This document shows positions 16,722-25,760 of a DNA stretch of 64,000 bases, piece after piece. The notes under the pieces are model-generated. The model did no database searches. It saw nothing but the letters and a program-made list of their open reading frames with translations, and had not been told where the DNA came from. Position 1 is the stretch's first letter. Each line of letters opens with the position of its first letter. Source of the stretch: a virus (taxonomy: Duplodnaviria > Caudoviricetes); the IMG/VR virus record IMGVR_UViG_3300017791_000021, positions 1 through 64,000 of that record. One strand, given 5' to 3'. A program made the translations under genes and the position numbers.

Positions 16722-16904
16722 GTGATTGCATGGTATTTGGTGATAGGTGCGGTATTCGGTACTTCCGGATATTTCGGAATGCGGAATGCCAAGCATGGTC
16801 AAGGTAAATCCCTACTCGCATTCTTCGGTTTGCTGGTAGGTTGGCCGGTAGTTGTGTTGGGTGGATTCATCGCGTTTCTTCTCTTCGGGGATGGGATGTT
16901 CTGA
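16722..16904 (+). CDS. Small membrane protein
   Basis: Two TM helices, WP motif. Confidence 0.65.
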   Translation: MIAWYLVIGAVFGTSGYFGMRNAKHGQGKSLLAFFGLLVGWPVVVLGGFIAFLLFGDGMF

Positions 16905-17005
16905 TGAATTGGTGGCAAGCACTGATTGCGACTTTTGGATCATTCGGTTTCGCTGCTGTGTTCGTTCTCTGGGCTGCATGGGTGACCAGAGACAGAGATT
17001 TCTAG
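16904..17005 (+). CDS. Tiny membrane protein
   Basis: TGATG-coupled 33-aa hydrophobic ORF. Confidence 0.5.
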   Translation: MNWWQALIATFGSFGFAAVFVLWAAWVTRDRDF

Positions 17006-17074
17006 ACGTGTTGCATCCTTCTAAGACATGTGCTTAGATGGGTGTTGTTCGCCTAGACGAAAGGACGCGAACTC

Positions 17075-17368
17075 ATGGCCGGTATTCTGCCTGTTGGCAA
17101 CGGAAATCAGATTCTCTTTCTGGACGCTGAGGAAGCGGGATTTCTGAAAGATCTTCTCATGTGTCACGTGGCCGGAAAGCTCACGACCGGAGATGAGCCG
17201 CTAGCGCGTGTGTCTAAGGCTCTTGCGCCTGTTGACCGTAGGCTGTCCCGTAAGGCTGCTGAGTATGGACACAGCGGGTACGCCGTAGTAGAGTCGTACC
17301 AGGACAGCACAGAGGAAGCGTACGCGCTTAACAGGCTGTTTGACAGCCTCAACGGTGAAGGGTTCTAA
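17075..17368 (+). CDS. Hypothetical protein
   Basis: RBS GAAAGGA. Confidence 0.65.
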   Translation: MAGILPVGNGNQILFLDAEEAGFLKDLLMCHVAGKLTTGDEPLARVSKALAPVDRRLSRKAAEYGHSGYAVVESYQDSTEEAYALNRLFDSLNGEGF

Positions 17369-17722
17369 ATGGCACTGGAGAATTACGGAACCATTTGGGT
17401 GTGCGGCAATTGTCTGCACCATCACGCAAATGGTGAGTGTGGAGACTGTCACTCAGACCATGGGCACGATGAGGAACCGTTGAGCGCAATTGAGAACGGT
17501 TTTACCGTGGCAATGGGTATGACATGGGGTGACCACAACGACGAATGCCTTACGTATATCGTCAACAATCTTCGTGCGAATTATCCGGATATGGTTTGGC
17601 CGGATGTTCCGGGGGATTACTGGTGTGATTGTGAGGATGTGTCGTACAGCTACACACAGTGTGACGGTTGCGGTACGTATCTTCACGGTGAGCGACACGC
17701 GCTAACGCTCTTCAAGGAGTAG
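17369..17722 (+). CDS. Cys/His-rich metal-binding protein
   Basis: CGNC..ANGEC..CDGCGTYLHGERH. Confidence 0.7.
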   Translation: MALENYGTIWVCGNCLHHHANGECGDCHSDHGHDEEPLSAIENGFTVAMGMTWGDHNDECLTYIVNNLRANYPDMVWPDVPGDYWCDCEDVSYSYTQCDGCGTYLHGERHALTLFKE

Positions 17723-17820
17723 ACATCTTTTCTCGCTCCCCCGCTTGACACGGGGGAACGGGGATGGTTAGCTAGTCCTAGCAAGCCAGACAGCAGCAAC
17801 ACAGACCGAAAGGTAAGATC

Positions 17821-18087
17821 ATGACTGAGCTTCAGATTCGCATTGCGATTGCCAACCACCCCAAGGTTCAGGCGTACCGCAAGGCTGTTCAGATCATGCA
17901 CGCTCGCATGGTGGCCACGTACGGTGAGGACTACGCGCAGGACTACGACGCGAACGCGCGCCCGGACGTGAACCCTGTTGGTATCTCCCGCATGACTCCG
18001 CTTGACCTTCAGCGGTTCGAAAGCCTCATGCGTGGAGCCGCTATCGTCCGTAGGGACGTGCGAGCGTCCATCCTGGCCACTGTCTAA
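17821..18087 (+). CDS. Hypothetical protein
   Basis: RBS GAAAGG. Confidence 0.65.
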   Translation: MTELQIRIAIANHPKVQAYRKAVQIMHARMVATYGEDYAQDYDANARPDVNPVGISRMTPLDLQRFESLMRGAAIVRRDVRASILATV

Positions 18088-18147
18088 CTGAGACGCTACA
18101 GGGGAGCCTGTAGAGCCTTACAGGCTCCTCGTTAGGGAGGTAGTATC

Positions 18148-18363
18148 GTGGAAGATGTGACCAAATCTCATTACAACGCTGAGTTTGTCACCGATCACGG
18201 ACAGACAACACGTATTACAAACCTGTCCGGAATCCAGGTGAAAGAGGTTATCGAATTGAAGAAAGAGGGAAGAACATTCATTTCCTCTGACATCTTCGGA
18301 GACATCACGGTAATTGACCTTAGCAAGATAACGACTATTAATTTCTCCAAGCGTCACAACTGA
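18148..18363 (+). CDS. Hypothetical protein
   Basis: RBS GGGAGG. Confidence 0.6.
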   Translation: MEDVTKSHYNAEFVTDHGQTTRITNLSGIQVKEVIELKKEGRTFISSDIFGDITVIDLSKITTINFSKRHN

Positions 18364-18379
18364 GAAAAGAGAAAACAAA

Positions 18380-18586
18380 ATGCAGATGCTCATGAATCCC
18401 CCTTTCATGCTCGTTAAGCCTTCCAATTACGTTGTTGTTTCCAACAATGGGAAGACTGAGCGTGTGGTGTTCGGCGCGAATCTCCCGCTCACAAAGCGCG
18501 CTGCAAACAGTTTTGCCAAGACTCACGTAAAGGGTGAGTTTCGCGTGATCATGCGCAAGACTGCGCAGCGTGCCGGTTTGATCTAG
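18380..18586 (+). CDS. Basic hypothetical protein
   Basis: ORF in operon. Confidence 0.6.
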   Translation: MQMLMNPPFMLVKPSNYVVVSNNGKTERVVFGANLPLTKRAANSFAKTHVKGEFRVIMRKTAQRAGLI

Positions 18587-18652
18587 TGCGCTTTAATCGG
18601 TATCCCGGAAACGGGATATCGGTTATGGTTCCCTAGTCGAAAGGCAATCCAA

Positions 18653-19162
18653 ATGAACGTAATTGGTGGATTCTCGCTCTGTGGAGTTTGTGACGCTCTT
18701 ATCGAGAATCGAAAGGGAATTTGGTGGGCAACTGTCGATGACACGGCCGTTTCGGATAACGTGGAAGTGCACAAGCATTTCCCCGCTACGGCTTTTGGTT
18801 ACGACTCCCACAAGTACGGCAGTGACATTCGGACCGAGATTCTTTCGGTCATGGGTGATTTCGCTTTCAATACGGAATCGCTTGGTGAGGCTGAGACATT
18901 CGGATATTACGAACTGTTCGAAGATCTCTGCGCAATTGTGGAATACGACTCGCAAGGGTTTGTGTTCTCGACCATTTACGACACGCCCGAAATGGCGCGT
19001 AATGCTTGGTCGCATGTCGAAACCGATTATGACGAATGGTTGGATGATGAGCCCTGTAACTGTGGTTCATACAACTGTGACGCATACGCGGATCGAACCG
19101 AGTACGAACCGGACATTTTCGACTATGCGATGCAAACCATGGAAAATGACCTACTTCGCTAG
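18653..19162 (+). CDS. Acidic hypothetical protein
   Basis: Asp/Glu-rich; DSQGFV motif; RBS GAAAGG. Confidence 0.7.
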   Translation: MNVIGGFSLCGVCDALIENRKGIWWATVDDTAVSDNVEVHKHFPATAFGYDSHKYGSDIRTEILSVMGDFAFNTESLGEAETFGYYELFEDLCAIVEYDSQGFVFSTIYDTPEMARNAWSHVETDYDEWLDDEPCNCGSYNCDAYADRTEYEPDIFDYAMQTMENDLLR

Positions 19163-19251
19163 TCGATTCTGTCGCATCCTGTCGCTTGACAGGGTGCGGG
19201 AGTGTCCACTAGATTTGGACTTGTCAGCAGGACAGCAGGAAGGAACACAAA

Positions 19252-19794
19252 ATGTCGTACGTGTGGGGACGCGCTTACAACCGGCTCACGGGTGAAAGCA
19301 TGATCAAGCCCGAATTCCCCCGCATCATGGCGTTTGACCACATGTCCGAATGGTACAAGGCTTATTACGCCTACGTTTCGGACATGAAGAAGTGGGACGC
19401 ATTCATTGCGGAAATCCCGGACACTTACCGTTACGAGCGTCCCAAGCTCGTTCACGCGAAGGTGAAGGGGATTCCAGTTCCGCGTACCGGTTCGCGTCGC
19501 TGGCACAGCGGTAAGAACTCTGGTAAGTCGGGAGTGATCGGAAACTCTCGTGTGCTGCCTCACCGTTACATGGATGAGGGAGACAAGGGAGCGGCGCACA
19601 ACCGGCACATCAAGCGCGTGGAGCGCGCACAGTGGCTCTCTGAGGCTCTGGAAGAGCTGAGGGAACAGGAAGACGCTTACAGCGTCTCAGACTGGTACGG
19701 TGGCGTTTTCGGGCAGGATGACGCAGACGCTTGGTACGACTACGACACGGAAGAGTACGAATGCGAGTACTGCCAGGGTCCGTGTGAGCTGTAA
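19252..19794 (+). CDS. Hypothetical protein with basic core and acidic tail
   Basis: RBS GAAGGA. Confidence 0.7.
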   Translation: MSYVWGRAYNRLTGESMIKPEFPRIMAFDHMSEWYKAYYAYVSDMKKWDAFIAEIPDTYRYERPKLVHAKVKGIPVPRTGSRRWHSGKNSGKSGVIGNSRVLPHRYMDEGDKGAAHNRHIKRVERAQWLSEALEELREQEDAYSVSDWYGGVFGQDDADAWYDYDTEEYECEYCQGPCEL

Positions 19795-19814
19795 AAGATC
19801 TTGAGCTAGTGGCT

Positions 19815-19843
19815 TGACAGGGTAGACGTTGGTTCGCTAACGT
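19815..19843 (+). promoter_or_regulatory. Housekeeping-sigma-type promoter
   Basis: TTGACA-18nt-TAACGT. Confidence 0.5.
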
Positions 19844-19892
19844 CTTCCCTATCAAGTTCCTAACCAGGGAACTTAACGGAAGGACACAGAAA

Positions 19893-20765
19893 ATGGCTTC
19901 TCGACCGAAGAACAACAGCGGAGCGCTTGACCTGGTTAAGGCTTTCGTGGTTCTCCAGTCTTTCGACGTGACGGAGGATGACCCGGTTTCAACCGAGGAT
20001 TTCGCCGCTGAAATGGGGGTCACTCCTGCGGAAGCGTTCGCCGCTCTTGACTCCCTGGCAGATGTTGAGCTTGTGGACGCGGTAGGGCGTGGCCTCTCCG
20101 CTGAGTGGTGGATCAACGTTCCGGATGTCTCGGCCGAGAATGCCGAGAGCATCGCGCGGGAAGCGCTTGACGGAATGGTTCAGGTGGTCAAGGATGAACC
20201 GCGTAAGCTCACTCAAAAGGAGCAGGATTACAAGGATCGTACGGCGTACAACGCTTATGCGGATGAGCGCGCACAGGGTTTCGTTTCCTCGGAAGTAATT
20301 CCGGCCGTTACTCCGGTAATTGCGGAGAATGGCGAGACTGTCACCATTCCGGTTGACTTTGACAATCCGGAAGCGGGTAGGCGAGAGCTTGACGCAAGCA
20401 AGGGTGAGCGGGTAATTTCTGAGGACACGTTCAAGGTTTCCGCTCCCAAGACTGAAAAGGCAATTCAGGAATTGGCGGATAAGCTCGCTGAGCTTTCGCC
20501 TAAGCCTCTCCCCGTGATTGATGGACTGGATCAGTTCATTGATGACGAAACGGGAGACATGGTTTATGAGTCTCGGATTGTCAAGAGTGGACTTGCTCTC
20601 GATGAGCCTAGCGAGATTCCCCCGACTCCTGAGGGAGTCAACCGGAATACGTGGCTTGCAGCTCACGACGCAATCACTCAGAGCGCGCGTGATTGGTATA
20701 TGGCACGTGCTAAGGCGCAAGAGGAAGAGTTCAAGATCAACAAGGGTGCGCCTGCTCCGTTCTAG
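19893..20765 (+). CDS. Acidic protein with N-terminal winged-helix-like region
   Basis: VSTEDFAAEMGVTPAEAFAALDSLAD.ELV HTH-like pattern. Confidence 0.7.
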   Translation: MASRPKNNSGALDLVKAFVVLQSFDVTEDDPVSTEDFAAEMGVTPAEAFAALDSLADVELVDAVGRGLSAEWWINVPDVSAENAESIAREALDGMVQVVKDEPRKLTQKEQDYKDRTAYNAYADERAQGFVSSEVIPAVTPVIAENGETVTIPVDFDNPEAGRRELDASKGERVISEDTFKVSAPKTEKAIQELADKLAELSPKPLPVIDGLDQFIDDETGDMVYESRIVKSGLALDEPSEIPPTPEGVNRNTWLAAHDAITQSARDWYMARAKAQEEEFKINKGAPAPF

Positions 20766-20831
20766 TCGGATGGGTTAGACTCCGGTAGCAATATCGGAGT
20801 CTTTCCCTCCCAACTAGAAAGGTCATAGGAA

Positions 20832-21017
20832 ATGATCAAGGTTATTGCTGGTTCTGTCGCTGCGCTGATTCTCGCTGTGATTGTGGGAATCGTTCTCGTG
20901 GCAATCGGTAAGTTCCTTCTTGGGGTGGCTCTTGTGGTCGGATTGATTCTGATTGCTGGGCTGGTTCTTGCGGGAGTTTTCGGAAGTAAGTTCCTTGACT
21001 TCTGGAAGTCGTTCTAG
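20832..21017 (+). CDS. Small membrane protein
   Basis: Very hydrophobic, two TM helices. Confidence 0.7.
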   Translation: MIKVIAGSVAALILAVIVGIVLVAIGKFLLGVALVVGLILIAGLVLAGVFGSKFLDFWKSF

Positions 21018-21094
21018 GTTTAATGAGCTTTAGGGATTATCGGGGAAACCCGATATTCTCTATGGTCCACTAAACCGAATGGAGAAAAACAGAA

Positions 21095-21685
21095 ATGATT
21101 ACGCTTACCAAGGACATGGGTGCGGCTGACCTTCCGGGCGTTACCAGTCTTCAGATTGGCGTTTCGTGGGACACTACGGCCGGTAGCTCTGGTGGAATCC
21201 TGGGCAAGATCAAGAAGAAGGCAGGCACTGACCTTGACCTGATCGCAATTGCGATGAGCGGTGAAAACCCTGTGCGCCTTGCTGGTCTGGATTCTCTCGA
21301 TCCTCTGGGCAATGGCTCTATGGTTCACAGTGGCGACAACCAGACTGGCCACGGTGAGGGGGACGACGAAACCGTAACCCTGAACTTTGCCAAGATTCCC
21401 GCTCCTGTCACTTCCATTGTCTTTGTGGCTAGCGCATTCAAGCGCGGTAGCTCTTTCCAGAAGGCACGGAATATCTCTTTCAAGGTTTATGACGCTACGG
21501 GCGGTAGCTCTGAGCAGGTGGCCGATATCTGGCCTTCCCTTCTTAGCAATCACAACACGTGCGCAATCGCTAAGGCTGTTCGTACGTCCGACCCTGCCGT
21601 TTGGACCCTTGAGGTTCTGGAGTACTTCGGTAGCGTCACACAGGGGGATGAATTCTCCCTCATGCGGTTTGCTGTTGGTCGCTAG
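21095..21685 (+). CDS. terD: TerD-family stress protein
   Basis: IGVSWD, DLDLIA, HSGDNQTGHGEGDDETVTLN motifs. Confidence 0.9.
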   Translation: MITLTKDMGAADLPGVTSLQIGVSWDTTAGSSGGILGKIKKKAGTDLDLIAIAMSGENPVRLAGLDSLDPLGNGSMVHSGDNQTGHGEGDDETVTLNFAKIPAPVTSIVFVASAFKRGSSFQKARNISFKVYDATGGSSEQVADIWPSLLSNHNTCAIAKAVRTSDPAVWTLEVLEYFGSVTQGDEFSLMRFAVGR

Positions 21686-21750
21686 TTGAGTTTAGGGATA
21701 GCCACTTTAACGAGTGGCTTTCTCTATGCCTAACTAGAAAGGGCTGAACA

Positions 21751-21960
21751 ATGGAAGATCTGTATTCTCCGGAGTTCTGGGCAATCGTTGCCTCTAAGGT
21801 TCGTGAGGGACAACGGAAAGGGCAAGCTGTATTCAATACGGCTGCTGAGTTCCACCACAAGGAAGCGGGGGAACTGACAGGTACAGTCTTTGACCCTTTC
21901 TATCAAGATGCGAAGGTTTCCGCATTCCTGGAAAAACTCGCTGACATCCTCACCCGATAG
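21751..21960 (+). CDS. Conserved phage hypothetical protein
   Basis: QRKGQAVFN...FDPFYQD motif. Confidence 0.7.
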   Translation: MEDLYSPEFWAIVASKVREGQRKGQAVFNTAAEFHHKEAGELTGTVFDPFYQDAKVSAFLEKLADILTR

Positions 21961-22159
21961 GAGTAATGGAGTGGAATTCCCCCTAGGTATGTTCTATGGG
22001 CTGATGATAGGTATTGGCGCGTCAGTCATTCTCTTTGTTCTCGCTGGTGCTCCCGCTGCAAGAGATGGGCAATTCAGTAAGGACTGTAAGACAATGGCAC
22101 ACGCTAAGGTGAGTAACCATCTGTGTGTCAATGGTGACAAGATTCTCTTTCACCAGTAA
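21890..22159 (+). CDS. Membrane-anchored hypothetical protein (true start probably about 21970-21990)
   Basis: TM helix followed by a small Cys pair. Confidence 0.55.
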   Translation: MTLSIKMRRFPHSWKNSLTSSPDRSNGVEFPLGMFYGLMIGIGASVILFVLAGAPAARDGQFSKDCKTMAHAKVSNHLCVNGDKILFHQ

Positions 22160-22162
22160 ATA

Positions 22163-22218
22163 GCGAAAACCCCTTACGTCTCCTCAATTTGAGGAATTAG
22201 GCGTAAGGGGTTTTTCGT
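22163..22218. terminator. Bidirectional terminator
   Basis: GCGAAAACCCCTTACG...CGTAAGGGGTTTTTCGT. Confidence 0.8.
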
Positions 22219-22765
22219 ATGTAGGGACTTGACAGGTACACAGCACACTGTGCCGACGCAGACCCTAGAAGCTCTGTACGGCTGTCTAACAAGATCGTTT
22301 AGGTGGGTCGGTCTCTCTGTCCAACTGGGGTACGCGAGGCTGTCAGAGAGGCGTACAGGGTGCCTAGCGACCGCTTGAGGCTCCGTGGCTGAACTCGTGT
22401 GTATGGATGGCGATAGCCTGAATCTGCTTACGGGCGGTTTCCTTGCTTTGCGGATGCTTGCTGAAGGTATGTCCTCCCTTGTGCGCAGCCTTGTAACCAC
22501 CCTTGACCTTTCGTACTTCGTACGGCATGACGTTAGTTCCCCTTAGCTAGGCATAGGCCCGTTGTAGTGTCTGTGTGGCTGTCTGAGACGCTTACGCTTG
22601 CTGCCTGCCCTAGAGCTAGGGTGTCTCCGCGTACGGCGCACACGGTGAAAGCTACGGCAGCAGCCAATAAGGCAGAGACAGCCGCACTTGTATAAGTCTT
22701 TCTGTCCCATAACCCATGAGATTGTGATTGGTTATCCATTGATTCTCCGTTGGAATAGATGAAAC

Positions 22766-22814
22766 GCAAAAAAGCCGATAACCCCATTCTAGCGAAGAAT
22801 GAGGCTATCGGCTG
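22766..22814 (-). terminator. Terminator of the leftward early operon
   Basis: AGCCGATA...TATCGGCT stem with a minus-strand U tract. Confidence 0.65.
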
Positions 22815-22827
22815 TAATGCTATTTAA

Positions 22828-23055
22828 TTAGAACTCGTCCATATTCCAATCAGACTCGTCATAGGAGATAGTCACAAGCGAGTCAGTGTCAAGAATGAAC
22901 GACTTAACGTCACCATTCGTCATGACACCGTTAACGCAGTAGTCACCCATAGACAACTCGGCATCGGAATACGCGATGAACTCACGTCCAAGCGCATCCG
23001 TAACCTTGTCACCCGTACGGATATCAGCGGGAGACTGACGCTCGTAAGTAACCAT
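22828..23055 (-). CDS. Acidic hypothetical protein
   Basis: MVTYERQ start with GAAAGG RBS. Confidence 0.65.
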   Translation of the reverse strand: MVTYERQSPADIRTGDKVTDALGREFIAYSDAELSMGDYCVNGVMTNGDVKSFILDTDSLVTISYDESDWNMDEF

Positions 23056-23152
23056 TGTGTTGTTTTGCCTTTCGTACATGAGACTAGCGGATTGCTAGCC
23101 ATAGCCACCCCTGGAGTATTCCAGAGATGACTAAAGCTGTCAATCGGTTATG

Positions 23153-23368
23153 CTACTCCGCCACCTTCACAATCTCATAGGTGGCATTGTCCAACGCAAC
23201 TGTATAAAGCTCAATGGTGCAAGCCTTATATGCCTTTGCGGACAATCCCAAGACAGCCCAACGGCAAGCCAATTTCGAAAGCTGTTCGTCTGTCTTGTTG
23301 TTACCCGCAATGATATGCGTTGCATGGTCATTGTCAAGCGTAGGCCAAGTGACGATTGCAATACGCAT
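23153..23368 (-). CDS. Hypothetical protein
   Basis: RBS GAAAGGG. Confidence 0.6.
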   Translation of the reverse strand: MRIAIVTWPTLDNDHATHIIAGNNKTDEQLSKLACRWAVLGLSAKAYKACTIELYTVALDNATYEIVKVAE

Positions 23369-23443
23369 AACGTTATTCCCTTTCCGTTGACCATAGCCGT
23401 TATCCTCCCTGTCTAAGCGGAGGATAGCGACTAAAGCAAACGG

Positions 23444-23998
23444 TTAGTGATTGGCGAAAACATACAGTTCATAACCGTACTCATGCGACGCAAAGTCATT
23501 CATGAGGTTATCCGCTGTCTGCTCCCAGTCAATCGAAACATACGGGGAATTCAGGATGCCCGAGAATTCTTCGTCATTCTCGACAAATTCCTGTGCGAAC
23601 TCTTCCGCATTGTCGTACACACCGTAATAACCATCCTCATACGCACGGCCATAACGGGTGTTCTGGAAATTGCTTTCCATCCATCCGAAAAGCTCACCAT
23701 ACGCGATGATCTTACCGGCATCGTCCGGAGACTCGAACAGTGCGTCAAACACAGCGGACAGAGTACCCGCGTCCTTGATATCCGACGCGTTCAGGTAGTC
23801 GTTATCCGTGTGAATGAACACACGGTGAATCTCCCACCCTGCCCGCTCCATACCCTTGATGATGTTGTCTACCGATCCGCAATCGTGCGTGTCGTCAAAC
23901 TCAACGTCACGAGTGATAACGCGTCGGTCGATTCCCGCAGTGCCAACAAAGGCAGTGAAAGAAACCTCAATGTGCGAGAACGTCTCACCAACAGCCAT
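23444..23998 (-). CDS. ardA: ArdA-like antirestriction (DNA-mimic) protein
   Basis: Highly acidic; YYGVYDNAEEFAQEFVE and YVSIDWEQTADNLM match the ArdA C-terminal signature. Confidence 0.82.
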   Translation of the reverse strand: MAVGETFSHIEVSFTAFVGTAGIDRRVITRDVEFDDTHDCGSVDNIIKGMERAGWEIHRVFIHTDNDYLNASDIKDAGTLSAVFDALFESPDDAGKIIAYGELFGWMESNFQNTRYGRAYEDGYYGVYDNAEEFAQEFVENDEEFSGILNSPYVSIDWEQTADNLMNDFASHEYGYELYVFANH

Positions 23999-24081
23999 TT
24001 TATGGCCTTTCTATAGCTTCCTATTCCGATTAGGAAGACATAGAGACTTTCCCCCGAAAGGGGGAAGATCCCTAAATCCCA

Positions 24082-24321
24082 CTACGCGGAGTAAGTCACG
24101 AAAACCTCAGAATCCGATTCGTCTACGAACTCCAGAGAGGCAGTCTCGTTACCCTCCTGCTCAAGCCACGTACGCATGAGCGACGTAAGCTGATCGATCG
24201 GGGCAGTCTCGGCAAGAATCGCCATTACCGCGCCGGTAGCCTCATCGAGGCAGTTCAGCGGAATGTTACCGCCGTGCGCGATGTGAACGGGGCAAGACTC
24301 CGTGATCGTGAGGATAGCCAT
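24082..24321 (-). CDS. Acidic hypothetical protein
   Basis: RBS GAAAGG. Confidence 0.65.
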   Translation of the reverse strand: MAILTITESCPVHIAHGGNIPLNCLDEATGAVMAILAETAPIDQLTSLMRTWLEQEGNETASLEFVDESDSEVFVTYSA

Positions 24322-24412
24322 GGTGTTAGCCTTTCAGCCGTTGTCGTTGTTGGCTCTAGTGAACCCTACCGACTAGGTTCTGTCAAGCGATGAACCTAGA
24401 CGATAGTGGAGG

Positions 24413-24811
24413 CTAGAACTCCCGAGTTGCGATGTGGTGAACCAGCCACGACGTTACCAGTCGCATGGTCCAACCGTCAATGACCCAATTCGGTTCGCCA
24501 CCCTGCAAGTGCAAGGGCGTACCTGTACGCATTTCGAGCAACGTTTCCGGATTGTAGTCCGAAACAAACTGTCCATGCTCGGTAAAGTCGTAACGCGAGT
24601 CGTAGAACGACACTACCTCAGTAGTGGAGTAACTACCATCACGGTACTTACGGCGTCCGAAAGTCACGCGGAAAGGAATTCCCTTTTCGGTAACAACGTC
24701 AACCATGCGGAGAGCAGGAACAGCATTCTTCCCCTTGTTCGAGCATTCGGGACGCTCACACTGAACGTTCCCACACGGACGCTGAGACAGCATCGTACGA
24801 CACTGAGTCAT
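24413..24811 (-). CDS. Conserved phage hypothetical protein
   Basis: SFYDSRY..GQFVSDY..L.LQGGEPNW motif; RBS AAGGAGG. Confidence 0.75.
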   Translation of the reverse strand: MTQCRTMLSQRPCGNVQCERPECSNKGKNAVPALRMVDVVTEKGIPFRVTFGRRKYRDGSYSTTEVVSFYDSRYDFTEHGQFVSDYNPETLLEMRTGTPLHLQGGEPNWVIDGWTMRLVTSWLVHHIATREF

Positions 24812-24930
24812 TGCCTTACCTCCTTGTGCGCTTCCCCTTTAGGAAGCTAGCACCATCTAAGCACACTGTCTTAGGTGGCGCAAGCTCACTACGTGGTATC
24901 TGCATTGCCGTTGTGGCGACGAAGAGAACG

Positions 24931-25158
24931 TTACGCGCTCACTGCGATCGTGTCAACACCCGTTCCCCGGTAGACGTAGCCAACCCTTACCGCCGTAGAG
25001 TCACAACGGGCGTTCACGTCGTTGTGCCTGTACAGGGTGCCGTTAGACCTACGCTTGACACCCTTACGGCAGACAGGACAGCGAACCTGTCCAGGCTTAA
25101 GGGTTTCCACCTTACGCGGAATGGCTTGGAATGCCTTACTGCGTTTGATCGTTGTCAT
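24931..25158 (-). CDS. Basic zinc-finger protein, probably leaderless
   Basis: CPVC..G.LYRH..C; TTGACA-16-TATGGT promoter ends 7 nt before the ATG. Confidence 0.6.
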   Translation of the reverse strand: MTTIKRSKAFQAIPRKVETLKPGQVRCPVCRKGVKRRSNGTLYRHNDVNARCDSTAVRVGYVYRGTGVDTIAVSA

Positions 25159-25524
25159 GGGGAGAACCATACTCCCATCGGGCAGGCTGTCAACTGTGCA
25201 TGTCAGAGGGTGTCTGTATGCCTCTCTCACGCGCGTACAGGGGAGCATGGGGGACACGTGCTAGGGTTCTCCCAACAACGCGCCACACGGGCACACAGAG
25301 ACTCGCAAGAAAGGGACGCGGGAGCGCTTGACACGGTGCCGTGAGCGTGATTGAATGTAGTCATGAACGGAGCGCTTGCGCTCTAAGGGCCACCTGTCGG
25401 GCCACTCGGCAGCCTACGGATTCGTACCAGGGGTGCCCGAAAACAAATGTCCGATTTATACCTTATATCGTATTATCTGTAGCTATTAATGGAATCATGC
25501 CTACAAATGGGAGACTGAGGGACA

Positions 25525-25757
25525 TGCGAGACATTGAGCGCGATGCCGCTGTTGTGACGATGGCTAACTATTTCATGCAGCCAGAGGTGTACATCAGTCC
25601 GGAGTTGTTTATCCGTACTTATTCAGATGATGCGGCAAGCGCGGAAGAGTTGAAGGAGACGCTGTACGCGCTAGATCTCATCTTTACGAAGCGTAAGGCT
25701 AACATTTGGGATGAATTTCCTGTTATTGAACTTGCTTGGAAGAACGAAGAAGATTAA
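25525..25757 (+). CDS. Hypothetical protein
   Basis: 3' part of ORF 25341-25757; MRDIER start after GAGGGA, start uncertain. Confidence 0.5.
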
Positions 25758-25760
25758 CTA

